A stretch of 64,000 nt of DNA from Ptychomitrium polyphyllum (taxonomy: Eukaryota). Position numbers and translations under genes: made by a program. Positions within the stretch are counted from its first letter, which is position 1, and each line of letters opens with the position of its first letter. The notes below the pieces were generated by a model that saw only the letters and a program-made list of their open reading frames with translations, was not told the origin of the DNA and did not search any database. Where the stretch lies: positions 23,002,001 to 23,066,000 of the forward strand of contig OZ316775.1 in assembly GCA_973851085.1 (NCBI GenBank). Reading direction: 5' to 3'. Positions 43,357 through 55,212 of the stretch are shown here, one piece after another.

Positions 43357-43592
43357 TTCTTAAGATTGGCAAAGCCAAGAAGACTATGAGTACGTTCAAA
43401 GGAGGAAAATCCACGTCCTTTGAAAGAAGTAATACTTAGTTCTAGAAGGAGAAACCAACTCTATGGTGGCAGCTTAGAGGAGGGTAATTTGCAACCTCTA
43501 AGACGCTATGGAATCCTAAAGAAGATGGGTAATCCACAATCTTCTTCAAAGAACCTTAGTTCTTACAAGGATGAAGAGTAGTCTTGCCAAAC

Positions 43593-43982
43593 TGTTAGGG
43601 ACACAAGAAACAAGAAGTAGAAACGAAGTGTTTCCCAAGAATGAACTTCCCAAAGGGATAATGATTAACAAGAACTTGATACAAAGACTAGAACAAGGTA
43701 GAATTCAAGATGATCCACAACTTGTGTTGGCAAGACTAAGGAATACCTTGTCTTGCCTCCTATTTATACTATGACGTTTGTATCTCTTAGGATACTTTTA
43801 AAGAAGCTTCCTACAAGGCTTAAGAATGTTTTGGAAGTGTAGGGAACCTTCCCAAGAAGTTTCCTAAGATGTTGGAACCTTCTTCCAAGGAGCTGGAACC
43901 TTCTATGGAAGTTTCTTAAGGGAGTTGGAACCTTCTATGGAAGTTTCTTAAGACTATGTTTGCATGATCTATGTCTGTGACA
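43593..43982 (-). repeat. E2 5' LTR (390 bp; internal repeat array partly deleted)
   Basis: Aligns with the 3' LTR at both ends; TATAAATA on minus at 43768-43761. Confidence 0.92.
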
Positions 43983-45225
43983 TTGGCTAAGTTCCAAAGT
44001 AAATCAAGTGGTCTTCCAAAGTTTTGCATGTATTTAGGTTTGGCTAGCTATAGAGGGCTAGAAGGCCTACCAAATTCCATAGAGAATAATATAAGAAAAG
44101 CTAGTTTCTTTCCCCACTCCTATAATGTCCCGGTAGTAACTAAAGAAGAGTCATAGTGGGTGGAGCAAATATTTGGGCTACACCAAAGGAACTTCCACAC
44201 CATTGTGAGTTGGTGGATGGCTAATTTCACAAAAGAAACTAATGAGTCCTAAAGTATGCACGAGTTGTTACTATGTTGAGGTGGTGTCTTCATGCTGGCA
44301 CCATGGTGGTGTCACGGACATAGATCATGCAACATAATCCATAGAACATTCTAGAACCTTTTAGTATACTACAATAGCTTCTTAGAATACTTTTAAATGT
44401 ATCCATAGCCTTTCCATGTTCTTAGGAAGCTTCTTAAGAAAGTTTCTCTACCTTAGGAAATTTCCTAGGAAGATTCTTTTATTTTAGGTAATTTTTGAAG
44501 AAACTTCCTATGAAGATTCCATCATCTTAAAAAAATTCCTAAGAAGATTCTACCTCTTTATGAAACTTCCTAAGAAGGTTCCGTTATATTAGGAAACTTC
44601 CATAGAAGGTTCCAACTCTTTGGAAGCTTCTTAGGAAGGTTCCAACATCTTAGGAAACTTCTTGGGAAAGTTCCCTAGACTTCCAGAACATTCTTAAGCC
44701 TTGTAGGAAGCTTCTTTAAAAGTATCTTAGGAGATACAAACGTCATAGTACAAATAGGAGGCAAGACAAGGTATTCCTTAGTCTTGCCAACATAAGTTGT
44801 GGATCATCTTGAATCTTGTCTTGTTATAGTCTTTGTATTAAGTTCTTGTTAATTATTAGCTCTTTGGAAGCTAATTCTTGGGAAACACTTCGTTTTTGCT
44901 TCTTGTTTCTTGTGTTCCTAACAGGTGGCCCAAGGTGATCATGGAATGACATGAAGATCATGAGTTGTAGTAAAGAGATACCACCAAATTCGGTTAGGTC
45001 AAGTAGAATGGAATTATCACCAAGTAAAGCCTTGGGCATGAATGGAAGTCTGCATCTAACCATTGGCTATCAACCAATTGGGTGTTCTAAGATAAATGAG
45101 TAAGAAGAATTGGAAATCAAGCCTGGGGTTTGGAAAATGAAAATGGGAATTAACCATGTGCATATAGGAATGTACAGGATTGGCGTGCATGATATTTGTT
45201 AAGGTGTATTGCAAGGATTGTGACA
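43983..45225 (+). repeat. 3' half of an LTR of the E3 family, interrupted by a solo LTR
   Basis: 43983-44309 plus 44929-45225 align colinearly with ~60326-60949; ends GGATTGTGACA as the E3 LTR ends GGATTGCGACA. Confidence 0.85.
44310..44923 (+). mobile_element. Solo LTR of the E2 family (614 bp)
   Basis: TGTCACGGAC...CCTAACA; perfect TSD GGTGG at 44305-44309 and 44924-44928. Confidence 0.92.
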
Positions 45226-47929
45226 CTTATACACATGGTTCACAATCAAAATGAATCTTTATGATGTTGTGTAGAAAACTTTTAAGGTAGTAATTCACGT
45301 TGATATGTTAAAGTAGTTATAAATGCAAATTTTTTCTTTTAAAAAAATTAGTCTATAAAATGAAATTATTGCTAATACATTGCAATAATGTAATTTATAC
45401 ATTGACATAATCATAGCTATTCTTGCAACCTTTCCATTGATGAGTTTTTTTCCTTTTATCTTTTATAAATGAACTAAGTTCAATTTATGTTCTTTAAATT
45501 AAATATAAACTAAAATTACAAGGATAGAATGCCTTTTAAACAACTATAGTAGCATAGTTGGTAGCTTTAATTATTGCACATTATAGAAATAAGTGTGAAT
45601 AAAGAGATCCAAAGCCAATGTAGAAAATCAACTACAATGGCTACATTGTATAATTGATAGTTTACTTTGTATCACTAACAATGTAATGATGGTAAGAAGA
45701 ATAGACTAAAAATTTGCAATTTTTAATTTTAAGTCTTAATAAGTCGCTAATTAATCATTATTGGCTAAGCACTAAAATCCATTATAATTTGCAATGGTAT
45801 AATACAAGTAGCATTGCCACCTATGTGGCTACCAATAAGCATGTTGTTGACATTAATCCATTGTACTAGTCCTGGATACAAGTTTCAATTCTCTCAAATA
45901 AGACAAATTGCAACATTAGACATACAATCCACTTTCATTGTTAGTAACGCATCAAATGAAGAAACCACTTTGATTTGTTTTGAAGTACCTTAAAAAGGGA
46001 CATAATGGCTTCTTCACAAGTTTTTCTTACAATTTAGCCTTATTCTCATCCATGGAAGACTCAATGACTATTTGAGCCACTTCAAAAGATGGTATAGCTA
46101 GCTTGCCTTCCAACATCTTGTTGATTAGGTATAAAAGTCCTTATTAGGTCATTAAGGCCATTAATATTACTTGTGAGAAAGCACATTTGCAACACCTTGT
46201 GCACCAAAGTATGTGAAAAGCTTCTAAAAGCAATGTATCCTTTATGTATTAGAATTCTAACATCTAATTTATTTCTAACATTAGCATTTATAAGGCCAAA
46301 TGACAATGGCAACAAAGTTGGCTAATTTGGTTTGGCACACCATTGCAATTAAGCCTATTTTATTGACTACACTTCAACTCTTTTTTCTAGTTTTTCAGCT
46401 TTTGTCCACTTTTAAATTTCTCTGACTTGTCTCTTTTTAGAACAATTGAAATTATGCTTAGTGTGTCAAGCTTTGCTTTAATTCCAATAATACAAAGTCT
46501 TTTTATATTGGATGTTTACCAAGCTTTTTGTTGCTATAAAAAACCCTTTTATTGAAGTAATATTTGTCATCCAAAATCCTATTTCAATGCCATCATGTTG
46601 GAAAAGAAATTTGTTAGATTTTTCAATTTTGGCAAATGCTTTGGCTAGAATTATCTTGCCATGGTAGTTAAATATGCTCCTTGGTGTAATCAAAATCAAA
46701 AGCCTCTTGATAAATCATGAATAAAAAGACCACAATAATTGACTCTTAGCAAATATATCCTTGGATTTAATTATAAATCATGCCAAACAAGTGTATATAA
46801 TATGTATTCATTTTTACTCTAAAATTTTTGAATGCATTCCATTTAATTATATTTAAAGCATTTATGCTCAACCTTCAAATATGTTCTAAACAATTGCATT
46901 GAATTAGATAATGGTATCTTTTTAGTTGTAAACTACAACTTTTATAAAGCTTGCTCCATCATTAACAAGGTAGATGGATTGTTGCATATTAATAACATCT
47001 TAACCACTAAGGCTTTGTCCTTGGTATTTCTAAATACAACAAGAGTCAAATTGGCAATAATCTCCTTGTTGACTTTGGAAATATGTTCTACATAAGATTC
47101 ACATTAACACTCTACCTTGTAGAATTGGAATAAATTCATGTTTCAAGTTTTTTTGTGAGGAAGATTGACAATATTAACTTTTAGTTTGCATTACAAAAGT
47201 GATTGATTAAATGCTTGCAACTATTCAAAGGTCTAAAGGTAATTTGCATTTGTATATGTTGATACTACTAAATTTTCAATTCAAGGCTCATTACTTTTTA
47301 TCACTACAATTCAAACAAGCAATGCCTATTTGATACACACACAAAAGAATCTCATTAGTCATTAATTAATCTTTTCCTATAATATGCCTATAAAACAAAA
47401 ATTGGAGCAATACCATAAATTAAGAGCAATAATGCCTACTTAAAATAAAGATATTAGATTTAAAATCCAAAGTTCCAAAATTGAATCTCTTTCTTCATAC
47501 AATAAATTGCAAAATTCAAAAATAAGTCAAAACTACTAATATCTATTTATAGTGGATGATTATAAGTCACAAAAATCTTTGATAATAAAAAAAACAATGA
47601 CATTAAAATAAATCTTTGCACTTAGAAAATTTTAGAATTGTGATATTCTATTTTTCATTTGTTATCATTTTTTGATAAAATTTGTGAACTAAAGAATGAG
47701 CTCACTATGGTTTTTTTCCTCAAAAATCACATAAATTGATGGTTGTACAAGGAATTATTCCTAATTAGAGTTGAAGGATTAGAATAAGATGTAGTGGAGT
47801 ATTAAAAGGAATTTAGTGCAATTTAGGCACAATAGATTGAGGAATTTGGAAGAAGAAGGACAAATTCTCCAATTTAGACAAATTAAGAAGTAAAATGATT
47901 AGGCAATGGGTATCTAGTGTTTAGAATAG

Positions 47930-48250
47930 TAATTGAATTTAGGCTAGTAGTTGAATTCCATGAATCAACTAAATTTAGAATAGTGGCTAGATTTAGAATA
48001 CTTGTTAAATTCTAATAATGTAATTAAATTTAATACATCAATTAAATTTGGAATTATAGCTAAATTTAAAATAATGGTTAAAATCTAAAAATATGGTTAA
48101 ATTTAGAATAATGGTTAAATTTAGAATATAAGTTAAATTGAAGATTATAATTGAAATCTATAAATTAGCTAAATTTAGATCAATAGCTAAATTAAAATAT
48201 TAGCTGAAATTTAGAATAATGACTAAATTAATAAACTGGTTATATTTAGG
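47930..48250. repeat. Degenerate ~21-bp tandem array (consensus ~CTAAATTTAGAATAATGGT)
   Basis: AAATTTAGAATA recurs at ~21-bp spacing; similar units at 36550-36680. Confidence 0.6.
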
Positions 48251-51200
48251 AAAGTCAAAGCAAAGACTAGAGTCAAACCGCCTAGGAATTTGACAATTTG
48301 AAAAAGTAAAATTGTGGAAGTAAAGTTCTTATATATAAGTTGAAGACAATAAAGAACCACAACAATAAAAGAAAGAACAAGAATAAGATTTTGGAGTTAG
48401 GAGTTTTTAATTAGTTTTGTACTTAGTTTTCAAGCAAAATTTAATTGTGAGCACACCATTATTTTTAGCAAGAGAGGTTTTGTTGAAAAAACAAAAGAAG
48501 TTAAATTTTGAAATGAGATTTTGAAATTAGGATTTGAAGGTAGGTATTTGAAGTTTGGCTTTTGAAAGAGATCTTGGAGTGAATTGATACAATTAGTTTT
48601 TTTACACATAGGAATTAGTTATGAGCAAAGAAGTAATTAGGTGCTTAGCAAGGGCACAATGCTAAAACATAGGAAGGCGGCCAAGGGGAAGAAAAAGAGA
48701 GAGAAAGTGAAAGAAATTATGCTAAAACTTTAACGAGAGATCACAAATAAATGACATTGATTATGATAATGTTTTTTTGTAGGAAGAAGCTTAAAGAAGT
48801 AAGAATTTAAACAAACTAAGGCCCGCCTCATTCCAATAAGGGATGAGGCGGTGGTAGAGTTTTTAGTGGCAGGGGGTTGATTGCCGTCACAACTCAAAAT
48901 ACTCAACTTTGGAGGAACAAGTTATCGTGCATACAACTCCAAACATAATAAGATTTGTTGGAGAGGGTAGATTAAGTGGCGGAGACTTTATACACACCAA
49001 AATCACAAGATTTGAAGTTGTAAGGTATTGGTGGCCGCTGATTTGGTGCAATTGGAAGTACAGCCAGCGATTTCATTACGCATACGTAGGGTTGAAATTT
49101 GCCCTCAAATTTTGTTCATTTTCTCCCTCTGCTTTTGAAATTAGGTTTTGAAATTAAATAAAAAGCTAGATTTAGTAGTTGCAATTTTATAGACACCAAG
49201 ATCACAAGATTTAGAGATATGAAGCACCAATGGTATCTGATTTGATGTGAAGGAATTTTGCTGCTTTGAGCGGAAAGTGTTGTGAGGTTAATTAAAATAA
49301 TAATTTGGTGGCTAGTGGTTTGGACCTCTAAATAAGCAAAAAGAACTTTTTTAAACTAGAGCCAACAAATTCAATAAAGCCTTTTGGTATATTAAGCCAT
49401 TAGAGTTGTAGTAAATACGTAGCAATTTATAATGTAGTTATTATACTACACTTCTAGTTATATTCACTAGTGTATGAAAGGACTTGAACAATTATGAAAT
49501 CGATTTTAATCTAATTACATTTAAACATTGATTACAATGCAATTTAGATAACCATAGCCTAAGTAGAACTATGTGAACTAAATTGGCCTTTTGAATAACA
49601 AAGATTAATTTGAGCAAATAAAATTTCTTCAAAAAAATCCATTCAATTTTAATGGAATGGGAAGGAATTTTGGCCTAAAATAAAATATAGAAATAAATAA
49701 ACAAATTGATAACTAAATAATCTAAAGTCTTGTGCTCGCTTGCCATTAGCATTTGATTTGTCTGATTCTAGGGTCTATTGCTCTACAAGTAATAGCTATG
49801 GCTTGTGGGCTTCTTCTGTAGACTTATTTGTTTAGATGAATCTTTGCAATGTTTAAAAAGTTTACAAGAAAAAATAAAAATATATTAAAAAAGATTCACT
49901 TTCTTTTCTCTTTTATTCTTAATGTCTTTTCAAACCACAAAATATCTTAAAGATTAGAAGAAGGAATCTAATAATTTTAAATTTGCAAAGGAACTTTTAA
50001 TTCTTTGTCATATAAACAAAAAAGAAATTAGAACACTTAAGATTAGCACTTTTTACTTTGTAAAGAAAGAATCTAAAAATGTTAATTGGCACTAGTAAGA
50101 CCAATTAACGTGAAGATTATACCAAATGGATGTAAACCTCTCAAAAATAAACTACATTGCATTTATTTAACAAGAATCGGGATACAATTCTATGTAATTT
50201 AATATCAAAGTGTAATAATTTGCTTTTGTTTTAAAGAGTAAGAATAAAAATTAACAAATGACCTTTAATGTATACTAATTATAAAAATATTGGAGCATTT
50301 CCTCATGAACTTTACAATCCAAAATTTACTAAAAAATTAAAGTATAGTAAAAATCCAATATCAACTCCTTAGCATATGAAAATATATTAAAGTGATAGAA
50401 AAGAAAATTATACTTCATCATAAAATGGTCTTTTATTTGATTTTTGACATTATTATAATATTTTATAGCACTTGGAGCAATTTTACAGCATCTTGAAAAT
50501 TGAATTGTCAATAATACATGATAGTGAGGCCATGTGATAGTGAATGTAAGAAGGTATAAGTCTAGTTTATGGACTTGGTATACAACCAATTAACATCTTT
50601 GAAAGAACATATTTCTCAAAAGCAAGGTGTACCTTAAAATGATAGAATCATATCTTTAAGAAAGGATGTTCAGAGGGGTTCCTCAAAGAGTGTTGTGATC
50701 ATGATGAAATGACAATTACTATAAAGGTTTTGTAAGTAATTTTCATAATCCAGTGAAGTCTTTTGAAGCATTCTGATGACTTTTTTTGTGTCATAGTGTT
50801 TCCCAAATATAATGGTCAGCATTTGCACTGCAGGGTCAGAAGGTGGAGAGTAGACTGATGTGTGTGGTGCTGCTAGTGGCCAACGCTCTTCTTTTTCCCC
50901 CAAGAACACAGATTAGCATATTTTATATATTGTCGTGGTTTTAGGAGCAATCTAGGTTCTTTGGATGTTTTTTTCCACAAATATATAGAAGCTGCTATTA
51001 TAAAATACATGTGCTTCCTTGGTAATACTTAAGTGATACTACACATTTTGCTTTCACTTAGAGAATGTGACTACCCTATCTATATATCTATATATGTGTC
51101 CAAATTCCCTTCTATCATTTTATCAACCCAATTTTGTAACTAACTAAAATTAGCACTAAAATACTCTAATTGCATCCTTTGGAGCTTTGTGATTCATGTT

Positions 51201-54200
51201 GCTTTTCTTATTTTTCTGTATGTACTTCAACTTGCATTTATAAAAAATTCTTGTCCCTTACAAAGGACCTATTCATGCTTTTCTGATGGTGATCTTTGAA
51301 CACTAAAATTGTGAATTTATCTTCATATTTGTAAGGTAGGTATTTATCTTTCATACAATTATGTTATGAAAGATGCAGATACAATAACTCATTAGTACAG
51401 CAAAATAAAGCTGCACTTGAAAATAATTTTTCAAAGTAATTCATAAAGGAACATTTTGTTTTGTCAAGGTTGCATCAGAAGCTTTTACATAGCTTGGGTT
51501 TAACCTATTTTTTGGATTGAATCCGTTTTTAAGATTCTTGGTTGCAAATTGTCTTTGTATTTTCTTATAGTTGAGTTGCTGTTCAGTATGGATATATTGG
51601 ACAATTATTTTCAGTGAGGATGAGAAGTAGCAGATTCCACACGATATATACCTTCAGGTAATATTCCCACAAACCTGGTTGATGTTAAGTGGACATGGAT
51701 GCATGTGTCTGGAAGATCACTTCATTTACACTTGCCTTTCTTATAAAAGTTTAGGAATTAGTGTTCACAAATTCATTTACTGTATCAAGTAGTACTTCAT
51801 CAATTTGTGGCAACATAGGGTCGTGGGCGTATTCTACAATCGTACAATACCACTGCATTATAATGACTTTGGTAGAATGAATTGATTTCCCTTCTGCAGC
51901 TGAGACTTAGCATTCCAATTTCCAACCATATTTAATTCAGCAATTGACGCCATCCTTTCTTCAATGCAATTGAAGATTCAAGGTGCATTAAAAAAAAGGT
52001 CCTGCTACATACTATCCAATACCCCAACATTGTTACCTCACAGAGCAGCTTTTACTCCTACATGTGGTGATGAAGTTGTACACATCCTCTGAGGCCAACA
52101 GGGTGGCACTTACCTGTATTCAAGATCCTTGGTTGACTCAAGATGCTTGTAGAGCAATTACTCATATCTAGATTGCTTAAAAACTTGTCTCTGTAACAAT
52201 CATGAATGTATTGTACAGCTTGAATTGGTTGGTCTACTTAGCGATATAGCAGTTTAGGAAGATTGACTTCAAATATGCACAAGAAATTCTTTCCAGGTGA
52301 TTTTTTTGGTTTTCTTTGAAAACTTAAGGTCCACTAATCTTAAGTTTTATCCACTTCAATTTTCTCAATCAAAACTGTACCCTCCCACATGCTGTACTGC
52401 TTAAAGTGACTGGAATATTATACGTTACTTTATTACCAGGCTCTGTTGAATGGGACCAGTTGTAATGGTCTAGAAAGAAATTATAGCTGTAGCCTGTGCC
52501 TGTTCAGCCTGCTATTTGCCAAGTGAGATAAAATTGGCTCCTACTCAGACGTTGCCCCCACCAACGGACAGCAGTGCATTCAATCCCTTCAGCTAAATTC
52601 ATCACCACCATGGGATTTACGCCTTGTGTACAAACTCATCTGCTGCAATTGGAACTTAGGTGAAGGTACCAGAACGTGAGGACTGAGGCAGGAAGAAGAC
52701 GAGGTGCTCTGCAAAAGAGATGTTGGCCACGAAAGAATCAGAGTGCTTTCAGGGGGTGAAAGTACATAGCCCATTGAGGTCCTGCCCACCTTTGATCCAT
52801 TGAGCTACTACCACCCTAGGACTATTGTGCTAGTACTCATAGGAGGTAGAATGATGGCCAAGCAAGACCCGAAATTTACAGTTCCCCATACATCAGTACA
52901 ATCGGGTGGTGCGAGCTCCTCACAAAGTTTTGGTTGTTATGAGTTTTGACTCCACAGTGATTGTTGCAACACAGCTATCCATGGCGACAGTATCACTCAC
53001 TCTAGAACTCATCCGATCAGTGCTGCTGGGTGTCAGTTCTGAGAAAGCCTGGTGGCACAGCCTTAGCTGGTAATGAACGGGGAGAGGTAGTCATTGTAGT
53101 GGGACTGAACTGGTGTATTGGCTGTGTGCTTGCACTCAGGTCATGGTGCCAAGAGGTGCTAGGAAGCATCTGAAACCTTTCACCGTAGTCATCAAGTATT
53201 CTCAGCAATTGGGGTAACCAGCTTCGATCAGGTAGAATTGAAATTCAGCTGCAGTCATTGTTTGACATGGAAGGGGCCGCATGAAGCGAGTTAAGAGCGG
53301 AAAGGAAGTGTCTTAGTTTGGCGGCCTTTGGTTGTGGGGTTGCAGGAGGTGTGGCTGGTAGGGTATGATGTCTATTATCATTGTGCTGATGAGAACTAGC
53401 TGCTGCTTCTGCATCGGCGATGTGCATTAGCTGGCTCACACTTCTTTGCTACAATTTCAGCTCTTCGGCAGTCCAAAAATTTCATTGTGAAGGTGGGTTT
53501 TCTGGTGACTTTTGTTGCAACTAATTCTGTTTTCAGTAGATGCGATGTTAATTTTCTTGAAGTGTTCCTCTAAGAAATGTGTCACGCATCGTAGCTGTGT
53601 TGGGGCGGCTGTCTGTATGTCCTGCTTCTTGAGCGTGGTATTCTTGTGGAACTCGCAACGATGCTAAGTACTATGCGAAATCTGTGTCTTGCACTTCAAT
53701 GCTTGGATGATATAGCATTCCTTCTTGTGGGTACTAATTAAAGGGAACCCATAGCTGCAAGAACGTTTCTTGTCCAGCACTTTCTGGGTAAAAGTTTTTG
53801 GCGCATTGCCTCACTTGCTTCTTGCTGTTGCCAGTACGCGAATATTCTTTTTCTTCATTAACAGTCAATCAGGCCAGCTTCAATATCCTTGATCTGCAAG
53901 TGGTGGGTGGTAACGCTGTTTCCCACCACAATTAGTTCAGGCTAACCCTGATTGGTAATTGGGTCTAATATAAAATATCCTAAAATTATTAAAAGAAACA
54001 AAGATAGGGGCCTCAAATCTCAGGCTCTTAGCTCTTGGTCAAATCAAGGACGTCAGTTAGTGCCCGTTTCTGTCCTATATGTCAGTTGGCCATTGTCGAT
54101 GTTGTGAGGCGGCTATAGGTGAAGAGAACACGTGTTATGTTAAGAATACTGGTAATTAAATAGGGCGCGTTCTAGCTGTAACAATTAGGTCCCAAATTAG

Positions 54201-55212
54201 GTTAGAGATGTTATCGTCTGTCCATAGCATGTTGCTAGGGAGCCAAGCCCGGCATTGAGAAATCATTGTGGTTGTGGACAGGGCAAGGGAATTGATGTTT
54301 TTTTTGAATTCATGTACACGTGTGGTTTCGATGTAGGCTCGCTCTGTGACTACGAACGATGCCTTAAACTACGAAAAATTATCGTGGATGATTCTTTTCA
54401 ATACAACCAGGAAAAGCATCAACTTTGGTGTGGTGTGCTTTTTGAGCATTTTACTCTTGTCCTCATGGCTAATGCTCTGATCATGGGAATGTGTTTTTCC
54501 AGATATCCTTTCACATTGAAGAACTTTTGTGGGTCAAGTGATGTGACCGGATCAGATGGTTCAAACGAAGGTAAACAGTGCACCTTGGCTTTAAAACTGG
54601 ACATTCACCCATTGAGCTTGAAATATCCTGAAGAAATGTCCAACACCGTTTTCTTTTGTACGTATTCACGCCAATGGCTAGTTTCTAGAAGGATACTGTG
54701 CACCGAAAGAGGTCTGCAAGTTAGGGGAAGTTTAAATCTTTTGCTCGCATTGTTTTTGACAGGATCTAGAGAGTTGGAACGCAATCAATATGATATAGAT
54801 TTTGTCCATCCTTGGTGACACAGTGTTGCACATGTTTACCAGGCCTTCTAATATGCTCTGTTACCGACGAGGTTACTGACCTGATGAGCAGAATGAATTC
54901 GTGCAATTCAACAGTATCCACTTTTCAAGTCTGTTCACTATCATGTCAAGGTCACAAACCTACTGAATAAGTATCCAAAGAACAGTATCCAAAGACATCG
55001 TCACTGGTTCCGGCTCTGAAAAATCACTGAATGACTTATCGGTGTTTTCAAAGCCTGTTTAGACATAAAGAGGATGAGTGAAAAGATGGGCGATTATGGA
55101 TTGTATGTGACGGATTTAAGTTCGTAACAAACAACAAGGGCATGGCTAGGAATATCCGGATGTGGGGTAAGAACTGCTACTTGAAGATTAACCCCCATAT
55201 GAAGGAGCTGAG

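Larger units (their letters stand above)
37579..43982 (-). mobile_element. E2: near-complete Ty3/Gypsy chromovirus (Tcn1-like) LTR retrotransposon, inactivated
   Basis: LTRs 43593-43982 (5') and 37579-38212 (3'); PPT at 38213-38226 (AAATGGGGAGGTGA on minus); gag, AP-RT-RH-IN-chromodomain order; flanks do not form a TSD. Confidence 0.93.

Noticed and set aside
45700..47300. Possible decayed coding sequence on the minus strand
   Set aside because: No diagnostic motif could be recognised with confidence
54255..54818. 187-aa ORF
   Set aside because: Non-ATG start, no recognisable motif, composition not protein-like
54881..54910. CTGATGA hammerhead-like core
   Set aside because: No GAAA and no stem II/III at the required spacing
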